Below, one piece after another: positions 12,501-34,957 of a stretch of 64,000 nt of DNA; position 1 is the stretch's first letter; the number at the start of each line of letters is the position of its first letter. Origin of the DNA: Vicugna vicugna (lineage: Eukaryota); contig MU058714.1 in NCBI GenBank assembly GCA_013265495.1, forward strand, positions 558,001 to 622,000. The letters run 5' to 3'. Both the position numbers and the translations under genes were made by a program. The notes beneath the pieces were generated by a model. It made no database searches. It saw only the letters and a program-made list of their open reading frames with translations, and was not told where the DNA came from.

Positions 12501-15500
12501 TGAAAACCCCTGCTTGGCTCACGACTGGCATGGAGTCTGCGGATCCCTCTAGAAGGAACCTTAGCTGTGTTGCCCTTTCCAGTCCGTGCGCAGGCATCTG
12601 TCTCTTCACTGGGTCTTGCTTGGCTTCCCTCCTCAGTGTTTTCAGTCTTCAGCATCCGGCTCTTGCACGTGTTTTGGTAGATTTATCCCTCAGCAGAAGC
12701 CTCCCTCGTGCCCCTCAAAACCCATCTCCCCCAACAACCCGACCCCCAGCCCCAGGCCCCACAGACCCTTCACGCCACCATCTCACAAAACACGGTGCAT
12801 TTTCCCAGCGAGGAGATTAACTTGGTGCAGTGCGGTTAACCAAACTACAGACTCTAACCCGAGTTCACCATTTTTTTTGGCTGATGTCCTTTTTCTGCTC
12901 CAGGACCCCTCCCTGGGCTGCACTTAGTTCTCATGTCTCCCCACCTCTGATGTCTCTCAGTGTCCCCTGTTTGCCGGGTGTTCTTTATATGGCTCTTAAA
13001 TCATTCTGATCAGGTGACAAAGTCCCCAGACTCCTTTGTCCCCTGGGGCAAAGGTGGGTTCCCTGTGGGTGCCGTCAGATGTTGGCCGGGGGTGGCACTG
13101 GCCCCTCTCCTGTCTACCATGGTCCTGACTGCCCACCGGCCCCTCTGCCCCATGCCCCAGGTCAAGCACGGGCAGCTCCTGAAGCAGCAGGAGAAGATGA
13201 TCCGGGACATGGAGCTGGCTGTCTCCCGCAGAGAGACCATCTCCACCCGGGCCGAGGGGCAGTGCAAGTTGGACAAGAAGCTGCTCACCCGGACGGACTT
13301 CCACCACAAGCAGACCGAGCTGCGGCGGAAGATCAGGGACATTCGCAAGGTAGGGGAGCCGAGCCTTGGGGAAGGGACTGCGCCCTGGGCCACCTGCCCA
13401 CAGATGGTCAGCGTGTGTCACCAGCCCCACCACCAGGCGTGCCGGGCATCACTGGCCAGGGCCATCTTTCGGATGCACCTGCCCCAACCTGGGCTGCGAT
13501 TTCAGTCTCTCCTCCCCACCCTACCTGCCTCACCACCTTTCTTTCTGCCCCTCATTCCCGGAGCTATAGTCACAGCTGCTATGTTGGGGACTGAAAGGTG
13601 ACAGTGGGGGGTTAGGGGGATGGAAGGAGCTCAGCTTTGGAATCAGACAAGCTGCTTTCTTCTGTGCTGGGGACAAAGCCTGAGCCGCATGCACCACGTG
13701 CCGGCTCTGGGTCAAGAAGAGGGGCCAGGAGCGCCCCTAACGGCCTGCTGGCAGGGCCTTGCTCTGGGAGCTTGCCGTGGGTTTAACAGGAGGTCTGCAC
13801 GGGGTGGGTGGTCTGCAGCTCAGGGCTGGAGGCTGTCCTGTTCCGGCCCCTTTCTGCCGACAGAGATGGCATCAGGGAAGGGCGTGAGCCCCATGTCACT
13901 GCCCCTAGTGGGTGCTGAGGACAGGCCGATGAGAACGGGGAGGGCACCCTCTTAAGCCCGTGTCCCCGTCCCCCAGGCCACGTCAACCAAGCACGTGACG
14001 TGGGCCCTGCCCTGGGAGGGGACCAGCCATATGGCTGCAGTGCTGTCCCCCTTAGCGATCACCAGGCTGGGCTCTGGGCTCAGACCTCCTTCAGCCCTAC
14101 TGACCGCTATGTGGCCTCTGGGGTGTGTGGAACCTTCCACGCCCACATCTCCTCATCTGCCAGTGGAAGTGGGAGCAGTAACCCCCTCCCAGAGTGGTGA
14201 GGGTCACGTGAAACAGAACCCACCTCAGGGGTTCCAGCCCGAGGCTCAGGCGCGTCGCCCGAGCTCCCTGTGCCTCGGCTTACTGACCCGTGACACGGAC
14301 CCTCACCTCGCAGGGTCCCGCAGAGGGCTGAGTGGAGAGTGTTGGGTGGCCCCTATAGGGGGAGCCCTGTATGAGGAAAGGGTAGCCGAAAAAGACGGAC
14401 TTGACCCAACTGCTTGTTTAGACGTTACCGGGGGTGTGGCCGTTGGAGGTGCAGGGCAGCGGCCTTTTCTGGTCCTGGTTTGTGCATTTCTCTGCCACGT
14501 TGGCCACTCCTGGCATCCGTCCCTCTCCACTCCTACTGGCTCCCCCGGGGGCCTCCTCGGCCCAGCTTGACTGAGGGCTCCTCTCTGTCCCACCCCTACG
14601 AGGGTCCCCTAGGGCTCCCCACCCCATGACACTCTCCTGCACCCCCTCTTTGGGAACCCTCTCATATTGTGTGCACAGAGGGCTGCGGGCCCTTCCAGCC
14701 CAACGCTTCCCTGTCTGCTGAAGAGCAAGGGGGCAGGGTCCCAGGAGGCTCCTGTCTACCCCCCAGGCCACCGAGGAATGCAGCCAAACCATCCTGGAAC
14801 TGGAGGAAACTCAGAAAAGTGTGAGCGACTCCCTCCTGGAGAAACAGGAGCAGCTGTCGAGGATGCAGTCCGAGGGGGACGAGCTCGAAGCCGACCTGGA
14901 GAGGCTGGCGGCCCTCAAGCAGCAGGTAGGCTAGTCCCCAGGGCCACTGGAGCCTCAGGCACTAAGACCGGGCGGATCCCAGCACTGCCTGCTGCTTCTG
15001 TCCACCCCACGTGGCTCCACTGGCCAGCACTGTCCTGGGCACCAGGGCTGCAGAGCAGAACAGAAAAGGCGACAATCCCTGCCCTCCTGGAGGCGACCTT
15101 CTGAGGGTGGGAGGACAGATGATACACAAAGTTAATCAGAAAAAAGAGACCCTGTATCCGATGGTGATAGATACTCTGGAGAAAAATGAAGCAGAGAATG
15201 GACATCAGGTGCTGGGGACAGCACTTGTAAGTAGGGTGGTCTGGGACGGCCACACGGAGGAAATGACCTCTGAGTCAAGACTTTGGGGGTGAGGGAGCAA
15301 GCCACCCCAGGCTGAGGGGTAGTGGGGTACAGCAGGGGCTAGAGCTTGTCCAAGGGCCGGCCAGGGGCCAGCAGGGAGCGCTCCCAGGCCTGCAGGGCTT
15401 TGGGGGGCGCCAGCATGACCGTGGGTTTCTCCCTCAGGGAGGGGGTTCAGGAGGGGAGTATCTTGGGCTTTGCGGAATCACTCGGCTCTGATGCTGAGTG

Positions 15501-16188
15501 CAGAATGGAAGGGCCAGGGGTGGACACGGGAGCCTGTTTCAGGCCATCCTGGTACTTCAGGAAGATGGGGGTGCACAGACCAGGGCAGCCTCGAGCTAGT
15601 GAGAAGCCATCAGATTCCGCGTATAATTTCAAATTTGCCCCAGTGGAATTTCCTGCTGGATTGGTTTGAGCAGAAAAGAGGAGGCAAGCAGGGCTGCCCG
15701 ATCAGCCGAGATGGGGGGATATTTAAAGGCGGGTGCTGGGCCTGGCACCTGGCGGTTAGACAGTGCGTGAGGGCCCAGGCTCCACCCTGGACGTGGTTTG
15801 TAGACTCAGCACCGTCGGCCTGAGTTCCCGCACCAGCACAGTCGCCCGCTGGCTCGTGCTCAAGTCTGAGTTCCTGCGGGGCCAGTGGGTGTCCTCTTTT
15901 TAATGTGCATGACCTGACATGGGGTCTCTCGTCTCACCCAAGAACCTTTCCACGCTCGTGGCCCTGCAGACACGCGTTAAGCACCTGGAGGCCGTGAAGG
16001 ATGGGCGGTACGTGTTCCTGCTCCGCAACAAGCCAATGCTGCTGGCTGAGCTCAAGCGTCTGGACCACCGGCTGGCCAGCATCAACGCCATCCTCCACCA
16101 CGTGAAGGACGAGTACCCCCAGTTCCAGGAGGCCCTGCTCAAAGTCAGCCGTTCCATCAGCAACAGGCTGGAGTCACCTTGGACCTAG
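3539..16188 (+). CDS. CCDC40: Coiled-coil domain-containing protein 40 (axonemal 96-nm ruler subunit), 3' part, 10 coding exons; 5' exons lie upstream of the window
   Basis: Exons 3539-3782, 3856-4038, 7732-7977, 8867-9080, 9484-9653, 9987-10078, 11311-11431, 13161-13349, 14767-14925, 15943-16188(TAG). All introns GT-AG, frame continuous (about 620 aa). Peptides match recalled CCDC40: [66 protein letters not shown]. Confidence 0.97.
5380..5958 (+). repeat. Minisatellite of 8 units, 76-80 bp (one truncated), each with a CTCF-like site
   Basis: Unit approximately TGGTGGGCGGCATGTGTACTACCACCGATGTCCACCGGAGGGCAGTAAAGAGTCCTGGTCCAGCATTTGTTACAAT; core starts at 5409, 5485, 5537, 5617, 5693, 5772, 5851, 5927. 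Confidence 0.95.
9681..9877. other. Assembly gap; further gaps at 24087-24116 and 58275-58332
   Basis: N runs next to G/C-rich or poly(T) sequence; none interrupts a coding exon. Confidence 1.
9878..9980 (+). repeat. GC-rich tandem repeat of about 19 bp running into an assembly gap
   Basis: About 4 visible copies of GCCCTCGGCCCCGCCCACR directly after the N run 9681-9877. Confidence 0.85.
10590..10870 (+). mobile_element. MLT1-type MaLR LTR remnant
   Basis: ctcagttctgggggc, ccttttatgagggcgctaatccc, ctccaccctcatgacctcatcacctccc, cattcagaccacagca. Confidence 0.6.
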
Positions 16189-16798
16189 AGAGCCGCCTGA
16201 AGCCCACCTCCCAGCCCCCAAGGCCAGCCCCCGAGGAAGAGATAGGTTTTGTATCTTATCAGGGACCTCGAATCTTTCTGTATCACCAGAAGCCACCTCT
16301 ACCCTCCAAGAACGACACGGCTTAAGAGAAATAGACAGCCAGCACTATAGGAATTGTATCTTTAGCCACCCAGCAGTGTAAACCAAGTCAGCTCCCAACA
16401 TTTCCAGTTACATTTAGGTGCGGCTTTCATTTGCAAAAGCAGTGCCTGTGAAGGCAAACCCATGTTCCAACGGCTTACTCGTCCGAGTAAAACTGGAAAC
16501 CCAGGTCTCTGCTCCGGCACCCACTCCCAGCTCCGGTTAAATCCAGATTCACAGCTCACAGGAGTAAGTCCAAAGGGACATGACCCCCGGGCTGTGTCGG
16601 TGGAGACCTGACATCTGAGATAAGAGTGTCCAGCCGCATGAACATGAGCCCCCTCCTGGCCTGTCCCCTTGTCCCACAGCCCTTGTCCACCCGAGGGCTC
16701 CTTCACCCACTGATTCCTGAGTACCTGCTACCTTGTGGCTTCTCTGCAGCTGAAAGGGAAAATGTTCTACAAAATAATTTCACATTTTTCAGCAGGAA

Positions 16799-16804
16799 AA
16801 TAAA
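16799..16804 (+). other. Probable CCDC40 polyadenylation signal
   Basis: AATAAA about 610 nt after the stop codon, followed by U-rich sequence and just upstream of the GAA CpG island. Confidence 0.55.
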
Positions 16805-17438
16805 TTTTTTTTCTGAATATGAAAGACGCGTATTTATTGTAAAACATTTCAGAACTACAGAAACCACAAAGGAGCGGGGAAGCCCCCGATCCCAGCCCAG
16901 GGATTTCTTTTTTTTAAGCCACACGGACATTTACTCCGTCCCTGCCTGGGGGTTGGGGGAGGGGGTCCGGGAACTGGGGGGCTGTCGGGCTCTGACGCGG
17001 CGCGCGGCGCTCTCTGCGCGCGGTCCCGCCTGACGGTCACAGGCTCCGGCTTTTGCAGTTCGCTTTGGAAAGCTTCCTCATCATAGCACACGCCCTCAGT
17101 GTGCGGAAAGCCCCTTGTCACCGACCGTTTTCACAACAGTCGGTCTTACGGGTTATGACAATGTCTTCCTTTTCGGAATAAGTGTCAGTTGCTTCCAGAT
17201 GGTCGCTACTTTCGCCGTCTGGGTGCTGAACACCTGCGCCCGCCCTCCTGGCGAGATTGGCAGTCTGGCCTTGGGGCCTGCCTGAGGGGCTCCATGAAGC
17301 CGAGGGTGGCGGGACGAGGACGGAGGAGGGCGCGCCCCTCCCGGACCCCAAAAGGCCCGGCGTCTCCCCGGAGCGCTTCCCCAGCACGTTGCCGCCGCGC
17401 CAAGGCCCCTGAGCGCGAGGACGCCCCGACGCGCCCCG

Positions 17439-17452
17439 CCACCAGAGGGCGC
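17439..17452 (+). promoter_or_regulatory. CTCF core motif
   Basis: CCACCAGAGGGCGC, an exact match to the canonical CTCF core, between the CCDC40 3' end and GAA exon 1. Confidence 0.7.
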
Positions 17453-17481
17453 ACCTCACCAAGGGCGCCTGCGCGGCGCCT

Positions 17482-17491
17482 ATCACGTGAC
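17482..17491. promoter_or_regulatory. CLEAR element (TFEB/TFE3/USF E-box)
   Basis: ATCACGTGAC, 9/10 match to GTCACGTGAC, at the start of a lysosomal enzyme gene. Confidence 0.8.
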
Positions 17492-18399
17492 CCGCCGCCG
17501 CCGCCGCCGCCGCGCCAGCCCGCGAGGGATCCCGGGGGAGCCGCCGCGGGCCCAGCGCGCGTGCGCGGAGGTGAGCTGCGGCCGGGGCCGGGCGCGCGCT
17601 CGCGCGGAGGTGAGCGGGCCCGGCTGCGGGTGGTCCCAGCGCGCGCCGGGGGCTCGGGAGGTCCGCTGCAGCCCCGCAGACCGCAGGCTTGGCGGGTCGG
17701 GGCAGTCGTGCCGCCCAGCGGGGAGGGGTCGATCTGTCTATTGATTGGTCGTCAGAGGTTTCCTTTTGGGGGAGTTGAGCGCTTCGTTCCGGGGGCCGCG
17801 CGCGGCGGTGGGCAGCGGTAACGACGGGGGCCCCGGAAGCTCCACGGTTCCCTCGAGCTGGGCGAGGGAGGCTGCGCTTGCCCCCGTTCACAGGGAGGAG
17901 GCTGAGGCACAGGAGGTTACGAACCCTTTACTCCCCTCTCCCAGCGTGGAGCTGGGCTTTGCACGCGGCGTGTCTGCACCAACCCCCCCCCCCCGGCCTG
18001 GGGAGCGGCGGGTCCAAGCCATTTCCCTGAAAGCGCAGGGACAGGCTCTCCGGGTCAGCAGCGCCTCTTCCCTACTGACCTTCAGTTCTTCCCCATTTTC
18101 TAAGTTGTCGAGCGCTCTGAGGGCGGCTCTCTCCACTGTCCGTAAAATGGGAGCGGGGTGGGGGGTTGCGATGCTGCCCTGGCTGCCCCCCTGGCCGTGC
18201 CCCTGGCCACCTCTGCGGCTTCTGAAGTCTGGGTGGGAAGGGCCATGGGAATTGCCCAAGGGCTCCGGAGCAAGGACCCCTGGACTACACTGAGTTCCCC
18301 AGTGTCTGAACCATCATGATCACAAAGTCAGATGTAGCCAAGCATGATCAGATGGAGCCGGGACACTGTACGGTATCTAATTGAGCTAATCACCGGCGG

Positions 18400-18920
18400 T
18401 CAGTGATGTCATCAGTCGTGCCTGCATGATGACCCTAAACTGGCTGGGGTTTGGAGGGCTTCCAAGCTGGTGAGCACATTTGTGCTCGGAGGGCAGCCGG
18501 CCCGGAGAGGGCGTGGGAGCTCTGCATACCCTCTCCGTACCGCGCCGTCTGGATTTCCTAGGTTGTGTCCTTCATAATAAACAGATAATAGTAAAGTGCT
18601 TTCTTGCGTTCTGTGAGTGGTTCAAGCCAGTTGTTGAACTTGAGGAGGTGAGGGGTGTTGTGTGAATCCTGGAATTTATAGCCTCTTAGTCAGAAGTGCC
18701 AGCGACAACCTGGGGCTTGTGATTAGTGTCTGAAGTGAGGGGGGTCTTGGGGGCCTGAGCCCCGCCACCTGTGAGGTCTGCGCTAACTTAACGCTGGGAG
18801 TTGGTGTCAGAACTGAATTGCTGGGCACCTGGCTGGTGTCTGGAGAACGGGGGAATTGACTGCTGTGGAAAATCCCCACACTTTTGGTGTTAAGAGTGTC
18901 ATGAATAAAAACAATTCACT
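18400..18920 (+). mobile_element. MER21-like LTR remnant in GAA intron 1
   Basis: cttccaagctggtgagcaca, gtgtcagaactgaattg, gtggaaatccccacacttttggtg resemble the recalled MER21 consensus. Confidence 0.5.
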
Positions 18921-20144
18921 CTTGCACCTAACGTACCAGGGACCCACACTAGCCAGGCCGTGTCTGTGAGAGACTTAGACTGTCACGGTGACCTGGGCCC
19001 ACTTCCCGCTGGCATGTGACTTTTTCCCAATACTTGCATGTTTCTGGCGGCTGAAAGAATTCACAGACCTCCTGCCACAGACAGAGGCTTGGCTGCTGTG
19101 CCCAGAAGTCCATCACTGCATCTCCTGCGAAGCCAGGCTGCCTCCCAGCCATAATACTAGGGCCGGCTGCTTCTGGGAGACTGAGACCCCTCTAACTGCC
19201 AGCTTTTGGCTCAAGGACCCCCCACCCTGTGGCCTTGCCCAGACTTCCTTAACCTGCACAGCCGTCTGCAGCGCTTGGACCCACCGCCCTCCTGGGGAGG
19301 GAGGTCAGACTTGCATGGGTGTGATGGCTCTCCCAGCCCTCCCCAGCAACCTCCCCATTTTCTCTCAGACATAAAAAGGACTCCTCTAGTAAAATCCTCA
19401 CATGTTTAGTCCTATGTGGATGTCTGCTGCTCCTTGGAGGAGCTGGACCAACAGTGTTCCCTATAAAGTATTTAGAACGTGCAGGTGAGCACAGCACAGG
19501 TGGTAACAGTCCTGGCATGGGAGTCACCAGGTGAGGCTCCGGTGCGGCTGCTGCGACAGAGACCCCGAACCAGACCCCCGTGACAGGTGTCTCCCCCACT
19601 TGACCGCGGGGGCCAGTCCTGGGGCCATCCGCGAGTAGGCCCCCGGGCTGCAGTGGCTGAGACCCATCACAGGCTGTGTCTGCATCCCAGTCAGCCGGAG
19701 AGGCACGGAGCGGGCTGCGCTTCCGCCCCGTTGGCCAGGACGTAGTCACCTGGGCCACAGCCTCCACACAGGGGCGGGACTTACTCTACTGTCGGAGCTT
19801 GTTCGTTCCGCTTGTCAGCCTGTCCCGTGGGTCTTTGTGCATTATTAAGTCATTTTTACAGACGTTCTAAATGTGTTTCGTTTGGGACATATCTGAAGAT
19901 TTCAAATCCACTGCCACTACCCTGTTTGGGACTTTTCTCTTTTTCCTTTTTCTTCCCTCCCCCATGTCGGCCCTGCTTCCTCAGCGGACCTCACCTCTGC
20001 TCTGGGGGCTGTCCATGGGCCACAGGTTCCTGTCTGGAAGCTGCTTTGAGAGGTCCCCGAGGCCCCAGCCACCCCTCCTGCCATCCCATTGAGCCTGGTT
20101 CCTGTCTGCAGGCCTCCAGGACCCGCTGCCCACAGCACCCAGAC

Positions 20145-32008
<11,864 letters not shown>

Positions 32009-32512
32009 CTCAGGGCCCAGTGGTGTGTGGTCCCTTAGACTTCCCAGCGGCTCAGCACTGCGCGCCCTCGGTCAGCCGTGTGAGGGCCTAGTGTCACATG
32101 GCGCTGACTTCCCTGAACACCCGAACCTGCTTGTGAGTCTGCTTCCCCGGCTCTGGGCCAGAGGCTCGTCTGAGTTGTTTGCATAGATCCCAGTCGGCAG
32201 AGGGCCCTGAAAGTGCTGTTTGGAATGCTGCACTGGAAGGTTTGCCTCTCCGGGCGGGGCCTGTCACTGTGATGTGTGCACCGCCAGCCACCGCTGCCTG
32301 CCTGTGGCGCAGAGGTGGTGCTTGGGATGGGTGGTACCTGCACCCCAGGGTCCCACCACGGGCGGCTCTGCTGCTGCCCTGACCTGATGGAAGCAGACCT
32401 GGGGCCGCTGCCCCACACAGGTGGGGCTGTCCACCAGTCTGAGGAGGGGCCTGGGGACTCGGCAGAACTCACAGGGTTTGGGACACCCTTCATCTAAAGT
32501 GCAATTGTTTTT

Positions 32513-32518
32513 AATAAA
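32513..32518 (+). other. GAA polyadenylation signal
   Basis: First AATAAA seen after the stop, about 505 nt downstream, followed by a GU/U-rich tract. Confidence 0.8.
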
Positions 32519-34790
32519 AGGGGCATCTGCAATGCTTCTGCTGAAGCTTCTGCTGGTCCTTCTGGGATTCGGGGTAGGGAGGCTGTGTCTCCAGACTGAC
32601 ACAGCAACAGCCCCTCCATCCTCGATGGGCCCTGGACTTGCCCGGGTGGGCGAGTGCTGCGCTGTGCGCTCTCAAAGCAGCATCATTGTGTACCCACATC
32701 ACCGCACACCCCCATGTCACCCGGCTCTAAGGTGACTCGAGGACACAGCTGGGCCTGGTGCCACAGGCACAGTAGGAGATGGGCCCCCCACCCCAAGGAC
32801 CGTGTGGATAAAGCTACCTCCCACCCCCTTCCCCAGGCAACCACTTGGTCAGCACAGTTAATGTTTTCTGGAATTTTGTATAAATGGAGTCACACAGCAT
32901 ACCTGTCTTGTCTAACATTGAGATTCATCCATGTTGTGTGTGCTTTTTCACTGCCCAACAGCTTTCCACCGCGTGGAGAATTTTAACAGACGTTAAGACT
33001 GTTTGCAGTTTCTGGCTACTGTGAATAAAGATGTGGTGAGCAGTCTCTGAATGGACATGCTTTTATTTCTCTTGAGCAAATACCAGGGGTGGTAAGGAAG
33101 GGGCGGGTGGTGGTTAATGTTTTAAGAAGCTGCTGAGCTGTCTTCTGAAGTGGCTGGCCCACTCTGCGCCCACCAGCCCCGCGTCACTCCGTGCGGTCGC
33201 TGCACCTTCAGCCGACCCAGGGGCGGCGGATCTCGCGGCTCTGACGCGGCCCTAGTGAGGGGTGTGTCGGGGTTCTTGTCATGGACTCACGTCGCCCAGA
33301 ATCTCTGGTGTCTGCTCAGGTGTTTTGGCGACTTTTTACTTGCATTTATTCATCTCATCACTGGTTATAAAATACGCTGTGGTAACTTGTTATGGTAGCA
33401 ATGGAACAACAGTCCCAGCAGCTTGAAACGAGATTTGTTCTCGCGGTTCTGACCTGCTCTCACTGGGCTGAAGTCAGAAGGCAGCTGGGCAGCTTCCTCT
33501 CTGGCGGCTCTGGGGCAGAACCCGGTCCCGGGCTTAGGCCGGCTGTGGCAGGCAGCGTCTGGGTGTGGAGGGGTGGGGTCCGCCTGTCCCTGTGGCTGGC
33601 TGTATCCTCTGCCTAGTGTCCCCCCAACCCCCACACTCATGCCCTTTTTGCTTCTGAGTATAATCTTAGAGAAGTGTTGATTCCTCACCTGATCTGTAAC
33701 AGACACGGGTCACTCAGCACACAACTTACCACTTTAACAGGCACAGTACTTTCTCGTACATTCACAGAATGTGTGACTGTTAACCACTGTCTAGTTCCAG
33801 AACATCTTCATGGCCCCCAGAGAAACCCTCTGCCCACTAGCAGTCACTCCCCACTTCCACCTCTCAGCCCCCAGAAAGCCATGCATCTGCCTGTCTCTAG
33901 GGATTTACCCATTTGGGACATTTCACAGAAACGGAAGCACACAACATGTGATCTTTTGTGACTGGCTTCTTTCACGTCGTGTATTTTCAAGGTTCATGCA
34001 CTCTAGCATGAGCCAGCACTGCCTCCCTTTTTACTGCCAAATAATCATCACGGGCACTCACATCTTTCACTTGCGCAGTCTACACTCCAGACTACTGCCC
34101 ATGGCAGAGTTACTCCCTCAGAGGGAAGTAACATTCAGTCGCTCCTACTGCCCAAGGGCCAGGCTGCTTGAGGCCCCCACCACACTCCCACTCTTACCAG
34201 CGGTCAAGGTTAATGGTTATTCCACCTCTGGTGATCACACACCACTCCCGAACCACCACTGAGGACACACACCTCTGTGGACATCTGCACTTCTCTGTTA
34301 CCCTACTCGACAGCTCCCGAGTTAGGTCAAGTGCTCAGGGGTCTTACCTCTTGGCTCATTCCCTGCTGGCCCGTCCCCGAGTCACCGATGGTACCCTGTG
34401 TGCGAAACCTCCTCGGCCCTGACCGGTGGGCTCATTAACCCAGAAGCCAGACTGGAAAATCCTTCCTCCCTAGGGCTTACTGCACAGGGCTATCTTGTCC
34501 CTCTGCACCCAGACACACAGACCCAAGGCCAACCTGGGGACAAGCATTTATGGTCTCAACTTCCCCACCCCCGATCCCCCCGCTGGCCCCGACCGGCCAT
34601 CCCTAAGAAATGGGATTGGGTGTCAACCTGGGAAGTCTGGAGAGGCAGGCAATTTACCACTTCCACGTCACCACCTCACAGACCAGAAGACAGAGTGAGG
34701 CGACCGCCCAGCACTGTACAGCAGGTCACTGGAAAAGCTGGGGACACCTTAAGAAATACAATATAGATTTTATGGGAAAACTTATCAATG

Positions 34791-34796
34791 TTTAAT
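34791..34796 (-). other. Probable EIF4A3 polyadenylation signal
   Basis: ATTAAA on the minus strand about 160 nt after the stop codon. Confidence 0.55.
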
Positions 34797-34957
34797 GAAA
34801 AAGACTCATTTCGAGCAATGCATTATTTACACGTGGGTAAGAAAAAATGGCAGGATCCCAAGACCCTGTCCTGGGGGAGCTTTGAGAGTTCACATAAACC
34901 CCATTATTTTCCAAATTGAGTACAAAATAGGTGGACAGTCTCCGGTGTGCAAATTCT

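Larger units (their letters stand above)
16950..17900 (+). promoter_or_regulatory. GAA: GAA CpG-island promoter and non-coding exon 1
   Basis: Dense CpG, no TATA box, E-box, (CCG)7 at 17492-17512, donors GAG|GTGAGC at 17570 and 17609 and GCG|GTAACG at 17817. Confidence 0.85.

Noticed and set aside
17118..18293. Long ORFs over the GAA promoter (up to 257 aa)
   Set aside because: Low-complexity Ala/Arg/Gly/Pro translations expected from stop-poor CpG islands; no recognisable domain
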